This document shows positions 19,573 to 27,519 of a stretch of 64,000 nucleotides of DNA, one piece after another. Under the pieces are notes generated by a model that saw nothing but the letters and a program-made list of their open reading frames with translations, was not told the DNA's origin and did not search any database. The position numbers and the translations under genes are program-made. How positions within the stretch are numbered: position 1 is the stretch's first letter; every line of letters begins with the position of its first letter. The stretch is from Bacteroidia bacterium (GTDB lineage: Bacteria > Bacteroidota > Bacteroidia > NS11-12g > UBA9320): NCBI GenBank assembly GCA_028247315.1, contig JAOKFZ010000003.1, forward strand, positions 25,800 through 89,799, in the 5' to 3' direction.

Positions 19573-21075
19573 TTATTTAGCTAAAACGAGTGACTTGGTA
19601 ACTTTACCGCTATCCGTTAATATTGAAATAATATACTGACCGTTTTCTACGTCTCGTAGAGATATTGCTGTGTTGTTAATGCTTTGTACAACTACTTTAC
19701 CTAGCATATCTATCACACTGATTTCTATGTTTTTGCTGCGTTCTAGACCTGCAATAGAAATAGTGCCATACGACGGATTTGGACTAACTATAACATTCAA
19801 TGTTTCTAAATCATGTACACCAGCTACATCGCAAGGATTATCTAATAATGCTATTATACCTGGGTGAGCACACTCTCTTCTGAACCCCTTAGGAGGTCCA
19901 TCGCTGTATTGCCAAACTACGTTATCATTGCTATCTACCTCGTACATATATTCTCTAGATACTGCTACGAATGTATTTCCATTGCTCATTCTGTCAGATG
20001 CAGACTGCCCACTTGAATTTTTTAAACATATGTGCCTCCACTGGTGAGCTGTCGGTTGAAAAGATCCGTTTGTGTAGGTATAATTATACCCGTCTCTCAC
20101 TGGGGCAATAGCGTCTACCACCGACCCGTTGCTAGTCCCACCACTGTTATTGAAAAACTGTAACATTCCAGCATTTGGTCTGCCGTTTTTTATCCATCTC
20201 ACATCATGCACTGCTGCAGTTACTACTTTAGGTGCTGCAGAACCGTAGTTGGATGGGTTTCCGTATCTGAAAAGGAAATCTCCCCCTTTGCCTGAATTTC
20301 CACCAGTATGACTGGCTGCTTCTGCTGTGGTAGTGCTGTGGTCTATGATAAATATTTCGCTCATATACCTAGAAGTGAAAGCTATCTGATCCAGTTCTGG
20401 ATTGTAGTCAATTCCATTGACGTGAAACCAATCTCCTCCACCTCCACCTGGACCACCTCCGCGGCTAGAAGAAGGTACATTTATATCCATCAATTCTGCG
20501 TGGTCTGCTACTACACCAAAGTTTGGTTTGGCAGCATCGTTATCTTGAACCAAATGGTCCCAGATATGCCATTGCCATATTACCTTTCCTCCGCTACCAT
20601 CTTGCTCTACTTCTACTATATGTGTTGGCCATTTGGCTGTGCTAGACGCATACCCAGCGGCTTGCATTTCTGCGGCAGTTTTCACTTCCCAGGCGGTAAG
20701 TAGCACATTCCCATTGGGCATTACTGTGAAATCGTGGTGAGAACGATACTCTGCACTGGAGTACGTAAATTCCCAAACTATGCTTGCATCTTTATCATAT
20801 TCCTGAATAATTCCTCCAGCTGCTGCACCATTTATCTGTGCTCCGGAAACTACTCCCTGTCTTACGAGGTTGCCATCGTCTTTTAAGAAGACGGCATAGT
20901 TTGCATTTGTATTGCAATCCCAAGAGTGAGCGATTTCCCCATCCTTATCTATCAAGTACGTTGTGCTTTCATTCTGATTATTATACAATGTATACCCGTC
21001 AAAATCTTGAGCGAACGAGCTCAATCCTAAGATGGTTACTAGAATAAAAATTGTAGTACTCTTTGTGAAATTCAT
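19573..21075 (-). CDS. T9SS-secreted aryl-sulfotransferase (ASST)-family beta-propeller protein
   Basis: YLIDKDGEIAHSWDC..., HHDFTVMPNGNVLL, VIWQWHIWDHLVQDND, IIDHSTTTAEAASHTGGNSGKGGDFLFRYGNP match the Arylsulfotran_2-type family. CTD: VIVSPNPSYGTISIAG...GQYIISILTDSGKVTKSLVLAK. I chose the start at the inner ATG (MNFTKS...); the tracked ATG is at 21090. Confidence 0.7.
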   Translation of the reverse strand: MNFTKSTTIFILVTILGLSSFAQDFDGYTLYNNQNESTTYLIDKDGEIAHSWDCNTNANYAVFLKDDGNLVRQGVVSGAQINGAAAGGIIQEYDKDASIVWEFTYSSAEYRSHHDFTVMPNGNVLLTAWEVKTAAEMQAAGYASSTAKWPTHIVEVEQDGSGGKVIWQWHIWDHLVQDNDAAKPNFGVVADHAELMDINVPSSSRGGGPGGGGGDWFHVNGIDYNPELDQIAFTSRYMSEIFIIDHSTTTAEAASHTGGNSGKGGDFLFRYGNPSNYGSAAPKVVTAAVHDVRWIKNGRPNAGMLQFFNNSGGTSNGSVVDAIAPVRDGYNYTYTNGSFQPTAHQWRHICLKNSSGQSASDRMSNGNTFVAVSREYMYEVDSNDNVVWQYSDGPPKGFRRECAHPGIIALLDNPCDVAGVHDLETLNVIVSPNPSYGTISIAGLERSKNIEISVIDMLGKVVVQSINNTAISLRDVENGQYIISILTDSGKVTKSLVLAK

Positions 21076-21230
21076 ATGTATGTTTCGCATTATTTACAAC
21101 TTAGACGACAAGGTTCCTAATTTTATTCGGAGGGAACAAAAAATATTAAAGCATACTTTTTATTATTCAAACAGTATTAAACCCGTATTGTTGAACTATA
21201 CAATCATGCTCAATTTCGAACTACAAAATC
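21006..21230. repeat. Copy 1 of a duplicated 5' module (signal-peptide codons, leader, promoter region, first codons of the divergent ADH gene)
   Basis: Hand alignment to 23167..23375. Block 21072..21129 vs 23224..23281 has 8 mismatches in 58. Block 21170..21229 vs 23316..23375 has 11 mismatches in 60. Confidence 0.8.
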
Positions 21231-22366
21231 CAGTCAAAATATTTTTTGGCAAAGGTGAAATAGCCAAGCTAAATACTCAGATACCCAAAGATGCAAACAT
21301 CCTTGTGCTTTACGGTGGAGGAAGTATCAAAAAAAACGGAATCTATGAACAGGTAACCGCGGCTCTCAAAGATTACAACTACACAGAATTTGGCGGCATC
21401 CCTGCCAACCCAGAGTACGAAGTACTAATGGATGCATTGGCTATCATCAAATCTGAAAAAATAGATTTCTTACTTGCAGTAGGTGGCGGTTCTGTGATAG
21501 ACGGGACTAAATTTTTGGCCTCTGCAGCTTTGTACGAAGGGGATGAACCTTGGGACATTCTGGATAAAGGAATACGCACCGAAGTAGGGATGCCATTTGG
21601 CACCGTACTAACGCTACCGGCAACAGGTACAGAAATGAATAGTGGATCCGTAGTCTCTCGCAGAGAACTAGGCGAAAAACGCGGAATGGGCGGACCAGGA
21701 TTATTTCCGAAATTTAGTATACTTGACCCTACTGTAGTGGCTAGTATACCACAACGACAATTGGCTAACGGAGTAACGGATGCCTTCACACACGTAATGG
21801 AACAATACATGACTTACCCAATAGGTGCAGACTTACAAGACCGATTTGCCGAAAGCATAATGAGTAGTCTGGTAGCCACCGCTCCTAAGTTGATGGGGGA
21901 TGCAAGTGATTATACTACATCAGCTAATTTTATGTGGTGTTGCACTATGGCACTAAATGGATTGATACAAAAAGGTGTGCCAAATGATTGGGCAATACAC
22001 GCTATTGGCCACGAATTGACGGCTCTATACGGCATAGATCACGCTCGTACCCTAGCCATCATAGCACCAAGACACTATCACCATTTCTTGGACAACAAAA
22101 AAGAAAAACTAGCCCAATACGGAGAGCGAGTTTGGAATATTACTGAAGGATCTATAACCGAAAGGGCAAAAGCAGCTATTGCCAAAACAGAAGCATTCTT
22201 TCACTCTATGGATATACCAACTCGTCTAAGCGACTACACAGACCAATACCACGGGACTGCGGAGAAGGTAAGCGAAACCCTTCGTGAGCGTGGCTGGGTA
22301 GCTCTAGGTGAGCACAAAGCAGTGACTCCTGAGGCGGTGAGGGTTATCGTGGAAGGGAGTTATTAG
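21206..22366 (+). CDS. Iron-containing (group III) alcohol dehydrogenase, YqhD/butanol-dehydrogenase-like
   Basis: MLNFELQNPVKIFFGKGEI..., GGGSVIDGTKF, and histidine-rich metal-site regions (AIHAIGHELTALYGIDHA). The upstream 58 codons of the tracked ORF overlap the ASST-like gene and are rejected. Confidence 0.85.
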   Translation: MLNFELQNPVKIFFGKGEIAKLNTQIPKDANILVLYGGGSIKKNGIYEQVTAALKDYNYTEFGGIPANPEYEVLMDALAIIKSEKIDFLLAVGGGSVIDGTKFLASAALYEGDEPWDILDKGIRTEVGMPFGTVLTLPATGTEMNSGSVVSRRELGEKRGMGGPGLFPKFSILDPTVVASIPQRQLANGVTDAFTHVMEQYMTYPIGADLQDRFAESIMSSLVATAPKLMGDASDYTTSANFMWCCTMALNGLIQKGVPNDWAIHAIGHELTALYGIDHARTLAIIAPRHYHHFLDNKKEKLAQYGERVWNITEGSITERAKAAIAKTEAFFHSMDIPTRLSDYTDQYHGTAEKVSETLRERGWVALGEHKAVTPEAVRVIVEGSY

Positions 22367-22460
22367 CCCCTTTCACACGCAGAACAATAAAAACACCCTA
22401 CTAAAAGTTGTAAAGACAGAGATAACAGAATTGTCTCCATCTTCAAAATCAGACTCAACT

Positions 22461-22503
22461 AAAAAGGGAACCTGCTCTATGCAACTTCCCTTTCTATTTT
22501 TTT
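22461..22503. terminator. Bidirectional hairpin terminator between convergent ADH and LTD genes
   Basis: A-run, AAGGGAA / TTCCCTT stem with a 15-nt loop, then TTTCTATTTTTTT. Confidence 0.5.
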
Positions 22504-22516
22504 GTCTATTGAGCTC

Positions 22517-23227
22517 TTACTGAACGATAACTCTTGCTATGCCGCTCACACCGTTTGAAGTGCTATAGATCATATAGATGCCTTTAGCCTCTATAGCCAC
22601 TTGCTCTACGTCTGTAGCTTCTAGCACCTGAGCTCCTGAGATAGTGTATACAGATACAGAGGACACTACTTGCCCAAAATTGAATATCCCGCTTGCACTG
22701 GGATTGGGGTACACGTTTAGTCTAGCTAATGTAGCATTTCTAATACTATTTACTTCGCTATTTGTAGCACCTGGAGTAGGCATTTCTCCTATCGCCCACG
22801 CACCGTCTCCATCTGTTTCGCGTGCCCAAGACATGTCTGCATCTATCGCTCCGAACGTAGTTGAATCTACTATGCCTTCGTCATTCATAAGGAAGAAACC
22901 ATCTCCATTTTTACTTAGACCAAAGTCCGTAGTAAAACCAGTATCTGAATTGCAAAAAAGTATGAGATACTCTCCTGCTCCAATTGAAGTACCTTCTGGC
23001 ATGATAAACCAATCAGCACTATCTTTTGTATTGTCGTCTATACACATCCATCCGCTCATATCTACAGCACTAGTGCCTGCGTTATAAAACTCTACCCAGT
23101 CCTCGTAGTTACCTCTTAAGTCTGTGTACGTAGTGTCATTATCTGCCTGTACCTCATTGATGGTTACTTGTGCGTATGAGCTGAGAACAAGTGTCAAGCT
23201 CAGAATTGATCCGATTATTTTTTTCAT
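22517..23227 (-). CDS. T9SS-secreted stand-alone lamin-tail-domain (LTD) protein
   Basis: Signal peptide MKKIIGSILSLTLVLSSYAQ at the inner ATG. LTD: VTINEVQADN...GNYEDWVEFYNAG. CTD: LNVYPNPSASGIFNFG...GIYMIYSTSNGVSGIARVIVQ. Confidence 0.7.
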   Translation of the reverse strand: MKKIIGSILSLTLVLSSYAQVTINEVQADNDTTYTDLRGNYEDWVEFYNAGTSAVDMSGWMCIDDNTKDSADWFIMPEGTSIGAGEYLILFCNSDTGFTTDFGLSKNGDGFFLMNDEGIVDSTTFGAIDADMSWARETDGDGAWAIGEMPTPGATNSEVNSIRNATLARLNVYPNPSASGIFNFGQVVSSVSVYTISGAQVLEATDVEQVAIEAKGIYMIYSTSNGVSGIARVIVQ

Positions 23228-23375
23228 ATCTATGTTTTGCATTATTTCCAACTTTGACTACAACGTTCTTGATTTTATTCGCAAATAAAAAATATCAGCA
23301 CCATTATTAAATTAAAACAGTATTAAATCCGTAGTGTTCGTTTATACAAAAATGCCCAATAGCGAACTACAAAAT
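23167..23375. repeat. Copy 2 of the duplicated 5' module
   Basis: See copy 1. Includes a ghost of the ADH start (ATG at 23352: MPNSELQN vs MLNFELQN). Confidence 0.8.
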
Positions 23376-23404
23376 ACAAACAACATACTTTTCACCCAAC
23401 ACAT

Positions 23405-23412
23405 TATCTTTG
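23405..23412 (+). promoter_or_regulatory. -7 promoter box (TATCTTTG) 4 nt before the menB ATG
   Basis: TAnnTTTG match. The spacing would imply a leaderless or near-leaderless menB mRNA. Confidence 0.3.
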
Positions 23413-23416
23413 CCTT

Positions 23417-24253
23417 ATGAGCCAAAACTGGACTACAGTAAAAGAATACGAAGACATCACCTATAAAAAATGCGATGGAGTAGCCCGTATTGCATTCAAT
23501 AGACCCGACGTACGAAACGCTTTTCGCCCAAAAACAACGAGTGAATTACTCGATGCTTTTCACGATGCACAAGAAGACCTGAGCATAGGCGTAGTGCTGC
23601 TAAGTGCCGAAGGACCTAGTTCCAAAGACGGTGTTTACTCCTTTTGTAGTGGCGGAGACCAAAAAGCTCGCGGACAAAAAGGCTACGTTGGAGATGATAA
23701 TTACCATAGACTAAATATACTCGACGTACAGCGATTAATCCGTTTTATGCCGAAGGTAGTAATAGCAGTAGTGCCTGGGTGGGCAGTAGGTGGAGGACAT
23801 AGTTTACATGTGGTATGTGACCTGACACTAGCCAGTGAGGAGCATGCTATTTTCAAACAAACAGATGCGGATGTGACCAGTTTTGATGGGGGATATGGTT
23901 CTGCATACCTGGCCAAAATGGTTGGTCAGAAAAGAGCACGTGAGATATTCTTCTTAGGAAGAAATTATTCGGCTCAAGAGGCTTTTGATATGGGAATGGT
24001 GAATGCTGTAGTACCGCACGCAGAGTTAGAAGACACAGCCTTTGAATGGGCACAAGAGATACTTGAAAAATCTCCTACAAGTATTAAAATGCTCAAGTTT
24101 GCTATGAACCTAACCGACGATGGAATGGTAGGACAACAAGTATTTGCTGGAGAGGCCACGCGTCTTGCCTATATGACCGACGAAGCCAAAGAAGGCCGTG
24201 ATGCCTTCTTGGAGAAACGTAAACCTAATTTTAAGAAGGAGTACTTGCCGTAG
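23417..24253 (+). CDS. menB: 1,4-dihydroxy-2-naphthoyl-CoA synthase
   Basis: 278 aa crotonase fold. YEDITYKKCDGVARIAFNRPDVRNAFRP and GGDQKARG... are typical of MenB. Confidence 0.93.
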   Translation: MSQNWTTVKEYEDITYKKCDGVARIAFNRPDVRNAFRPKTTSELLDAFHDAQEDLSIGVVLLSAEGPSSKDGVYSFCSGGDQKARGQKGYVGDDNYHRLNILDVQRLIRFMPKVVIAVVPGWAVGGGHSLHVVCDLTLASEEHAIFKQTDADVTSFDGGYGSAYLAKMVGQKRAREIFFLGRNYSAQEAFDMGMVNAVVPHAELEDTAFEWAQEILEKSPTSIKMLKFAMNLTDDGMVGQQVFAGEATRLAYMTDEAKEGRDAFLEKRKPNFKKEYLP

Positions 24254-24347
24254 GTGTTTTGAGACGTTAGAATTGAGATTATTAGACGTTAGAATTTTTT
24301 GGAGTTCAAATTCGTCTCACATCTAAAAGCGAAGCAATCTCTAAATC

Positions 24348-24638
24348 TCATTTTGCCAACAACTCAATCAGCTCACTTGCTTGTCTCACGCCACTTTCTC
24401 GCCACACTAGTTTACCATTTTTGAAAATCATAAGCGTTGGAACTCCACGTACAGCGTAGGCTTCTGCCAAAGCCTTATTTTTATCTACATCGATTTTAAT
24501 GATTTTTACATTACCGCCAAGGGTATCTTTTACTTGACTTAAGATGGGTGGCATCATCTTACACGGACCACACCATTCTGCATGAAAGTCTACTAATACC
24601 GGTGTATCTCCACTTATTGCATCTTTAAAGCTTGCCAT
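24348..24638 (-). CDS. trxA: Thioredoxin
   Basis: 96 aa with the WCGPCK active site. Confidence 0.9.
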   Translation of the reverse strand: MASFKDAISGDTPVLVDFHAEWCGPCKMMPPILSQVKDTLGGNVKIIKIDVDKNKALAEAYAVRGVPTLMIFKNGKLVWRESGVRQASELIELLAK

Positions 24639-24716
24639 ATTTATTGAATAATTGATTTAAGAAACGTTCCGTTTATTGAATGATGACTATTTCGGCACTT
24701 TTTGTACTCTCTGAGT

Positions 24717-24734
24717 ATTCTGCTATCGCAGAAT
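24717..24734. repeat. 18-bp palindromic element ATTCTGCTATCGCAGAAT (copy 1)
   Basis: 7-bp arms and a 4-nt centre. An identical copy lies at 26488..26505. Confidence 0.7.
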
Positions 24735-24777
24735 ATACCGAAGAATGCACAAAAAGAACACGCCCATAGGCTTGTTC

Positions 24778-25092
24778 CTAAATCAATCTATCAGCCTTTT
24801 GCCACGGACCTGCGTTGTACGCATCTACTCCATTACGTTTTAAAAGACTGGCGGCACTTCCACTTCGCATTCCACTAGCACAGCAAGTAACCACAGGTTT
24901 GTTCCATCTTTTTATGGTTTCTAACTCAGACTTTACATCATCTAAAGGGATATTTACGCTTCCTTTTACATGACCAGCTCTGTACTCGCCTGAACTCCTA
25001 ACGTCCACAATAACTGCACCTTCTTTCATTAGTTGAGCCAAATCTACTCCTGGTCCAAATAATCTCTTAATAAATCCTAACATTGAGGGCAA
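24778..25092 (-). CDS. Rhodanese-like domain protein
   Basis: 104 aa. Active-site loop CASGMRS. GHVKGSVNIP motif. Confidence 0.85.
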   Translation of the reverse strand: MPSMLGFIKRLFGPGVDLAQLMKEGAVIVDVRSSGEYRAGHVKGSVNIPLDDVKSELETIKRWNKPVVTCCASGMRSGSAASLLKRNGVDAYNAGPWQKADRLI

Positions 25093-25140
25093 AAGTGTGA
25101 TATTCTACCATTAAACATTGCAACTCAGGTAACAAAACCC

Positions 25141-25148
25141 TAAATTTG
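25141..25148 (+). promoter_or_regulatory. -7 promoter box (TAAATTTG)
   Basis: TAnnTTTG match 11 nt before the ATG at 25160. Confidence 0.35.
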
Positions 25149-25159
25149 GATTGATAAGT

Positions 25160-25606
25160 ATGAAAAAGTCAGAAATACATGCGGCCTGTATGGCCAAACT
25201 GCAAACTCAGTTGAACGAGTTACAGTCTGCCATAGACAAAGTGCAAGAATCTATTGTAGGTGAAGACAATAGCACAGCAGGCAACAAGTTTGAGACTGCT
25301 AGAGCAATGGGGCAAGAAGAACTTGATAGACTCAATCAAACAATGAATCACGCTATTAAGGAAATGACCATACTTGGTCAAATAAGCCCAGACAAGCCTT
25401 GCGAGTCTGCACAACTAGGTGCTCATATAGTGACCGATAAAAAAGAACTCTACTTAGCGACCGGCATCGGGAGGCTTGTTATTGGTGAGAAAACCATTTT
25501 TGTAACTTCCCCTACGTCACCCATCGGGCAACAACTTATGGGGTTAGAAAAAGATGGCGAGCTAGCCTTTGCTGGCAAGAAAGAGAAAATACTCAGCGTT
25601 GCTTAG
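25160..25606 (+). CDS. GreA/GreB C-terminal-domain-like protein with N-terminal coiled coil
   Basis: The C-terminus AQLGAHIVTD...FVTSPTSPIGQQLMGLEKDGELAF resembles the GreA/GreB C-terminal domain. Confidence 0.5.
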   Translation: MKKSEIHAACMAKLQTQLNELQSAIDKVQESIVGEDNSTAGNKFETARAMGQEELDRLNQTMNHAIKEMTILGQISPDKPCESAQLGAHIVTDKKELYLATGIGRLVIGEKTIFVTSPTSPIGQQLMGLEKDGELAFAGKKEKILSVA

Positions 25607-25701
25607 TACATTTTGAAACATCTAGGGTTCAAATACAGCTTCCAACCTTAGTGCGACTATTAATCCTCTTCTTTATTGTACTTTCTATCGTTCTAGAATT
25701 T

Positions 25702-25709
25702 TATCTTTG
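25702..25709 (+). promoter_or_regulatory. -7 promoter box (TATCTTTG) 5 nt before the xth ATG
   Basis: TAnnTTTG match. Confidence 0.3.
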
Positions 25710-25714
25710 CTACT

Positions 25715-26476
25715 ATGCAAATCATCTCTTGGAATGTGAATGGCGTGAGAGCCACCGTAAAAAAAGGCTTAATTGATATTATAAACAACAGCGGAGCAGA
25801 CATATACTGTCTACAAGAGACTAAAGCACAGGATGATCAGGTACAGGAAGCTCTGAGCGACCTGAGTGGATACCATAAATACTCCAACTCTGCTACCAAA
25901 AAAGGGTACAGCGGAGTAGCTATACTTTCTAAAACAGAACCGATAACAGTAACCACAGACATAGGCGTAGAAGAACACGACGACGAAGGCCGTGTTATCT
26001 GTGCAGAGTATGCAGATTTTTATCTGATCAATGTATACGTACCCAATAGTGGATCAGGACTCAAAAGACTTGAATATCGAGCAACTTGGGATAACGCTTT
26101 CAAAAACTATCTTGCTGACTTACAGAAGCATAAACCTATACTAGTAACAGGGGATTTTAACGTAGCCCATGCAGCTATAGACCTGAAAAATGATAAGTCC
26201 AACTACAACAAGACGAGTGGTTATACCCAAAAAGAAATAGACGGATTAGACGGAATATTGAGCATAGGGTTAAAAGACTCTTTCCGTGAATTGCATCCAG
26301 AGGAGGTGAAATATAGCTTTTGGAGTACGCGTTTTAATGCCCGAGCGAGCAATGCAGGCTGGCGAATAGATTACTTCTTAGTATCAGACGCTCTTATGCC
26401 TAAGGTGACAGATGCTTTCATAGATAACGACACTTTTGGGAGCGACCATTGTCCGGTGGGAATAGTTTTGTCTTAG
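25715..26476 (+). CDS. xth: Exodeoxyribonuclease III
   Basis: MQIISWNVNGVRA..., LQETK, GDFNVAH and a C-terminal SDHCPV. Classic ExoIII/APE family. Confidence 0.92.
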   Translation: MQIISWNVNGVRATVKKGLIDIINNSGADIYCLQETKAQDDQVQEALSDLSGYHKYSNSATKKGYSGVAILSKTEPITVTTDIGVEEHDDEGRVICAEYADFYLINVYVPNSGSGLKRLEYRATWDNAFKNYLADLQKHKPILVTGDFNVAHAAIDLKNDKSNYNKTSGYTQKEIDGLDGILSIGLKDSFRELHPEEVKYSFWSTRFNARASNAGWRIDYFLVSDALMPKVTDAFIDNDTFGSDHCPVGIVLS

Positions 26477-26487
26477 TTTTCGATACA

Positions 26488-26505
26488 ATTCTGCTATCGC
26501 AGAAT
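26488..26505. repeat. 18-bp palindromic element ATTCTGCTATCGCAGAAT (copy 2)
   Basis: Identical to 24717..24734. Lies between the convergent xth and DUF72 gene ends. Confidence 0.7.
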
Positions 26506-26530
26506 CACCCAAACTGATAAAATGCAGATC

Positions 26531-27421
26531 CTAAAATAAGCTCACTTGTCTCTCACTACCAGGTACATGCATATCGTATCCCCATTCTTCATTTATCTTA
26601 GTGATGAGTCTGGCCGATAGCATTTGAAGGTCTTTTTCTATGGTTTGGTGTATGAAGAAATTGATTTGCTCTATGCCTTGCTCTCTCCATTGAGTAAGTC
26701 TTTCAAACCATTCATCTAGCCTATCTACATCACTGGGATGATTGGCTCCTGTAAAACGTACAAAACACTGATTGTTGGTCAGTCGCATATGCATGATATC
26801 TCTGCGACCAGCGGTATCTGTAAGTGTGTGGCATACCTTGTTTTCTTCTAGCAGGGCATAGAGTCTATTGGATACTGTAGGGTCATTGTACCAGTCGGTA
26901 TGTCGCAGCTCTACACTTAGGGGTAGGTCTTGAGGCCATAGTTCTATAAATGCCGCCAAATCATCAAAATTGCTTGGGTTATAGTTATCGTTCATCTGCA
27001 AAAAAACCGTTCCAAGCTTTTCTTTGAAATGAGAGATGCTAACCAAGTAATCGTTCAACTCATTCTCACATTTTTTGAGTCTACGAAACTGACTAATCAA
27101 CTGCGGCACTTTTGGGAAAAATACAAAATCTGGGTCCGATCGACTGTACCATTTATCTACTACTGCAGTAGGAAATATACGGTAGTAAAAAGCATTCATT
27201 TCTATGCTGTTGAACTGGCTAGAATAGTAGGTCAATTCGTCCTTAGTGCCCTTTGGATAAAAGTCTTTTAAATCTGCTTTGCCCCACTTTGGACATCCAA
27301 TGTAGACCCTCGGCTTCTTCTCAGCATAGCCGCCTGATTGCAGTACTTGTATAGTTGCTGCATGATCTGCCGGAAGACTGAGATCCAAGGACCCCGGGTT
27401 TTCTACTTTACCAAATTTCAC
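26531..27421 (-). CDS. DUF72 domain-containing protein
   Basis: YIGCPKWGKADLKDFYP...LTYYSSQFNSIEMNAFYYR matches the DUF72 N-terminal pattern. Confidence 0.8.
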   Translation of the reverse strand: MKFGKVENPGSLDLSLPADHAATIQVLQSGGYAEKKPRVYIGCPKWGKADLKDFYPKGTKDELTYYSSQFNSIEMNAFYYRIFPTAVVDKWYSRSDPDFVFFPKVPQLISQFRRLKKCENELNDYLVSISHFKEKLGTVFLQMNDNYNPSNFDDLAAFIELWPQDLPLSVELRHTDWYNDPTVSNRLYALLEENKVCHTLTDTAGRRDIMHMRLTNNQCFVRFTGANHPSDVDRLDEWFERLTQWREQGIEQINFFIHQTIEKDLQMLSARLITKINEEWGYDMHVPGSERQVSLF

Positions 27422-27519
27422 TGGTCAAATATAAAATTTGCTGCGTCAATAAGCACTTTTGGTTCAAGAATACCGTCATTCGAAGTTATGACGGGCACCG
27501 CGTAAATAGCAGCGTAGTC

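Noticed and set aside
21032-21205. 58-codon N-terminal extension of the alcohol dehydrogenase ORF.
   Set aside because: It overlaps the ASST-like gene start and the promoter region, and the extension has no ADH similarity. The conserved ADH N-terminus begins at the ATG at 21206.
24262-24296. Direct repeat AGACGTTAGAATT x2 (22-bp spacing), whose CGTTAG resembles the TetR operator half-site at 29414..29419.
   Set aside because: It lies between the 3' ends of convergent genes (menB and thioredoxin), not at a promoter. The half-site match is only 6 bp, so it is probably part of a terminator region or chance.
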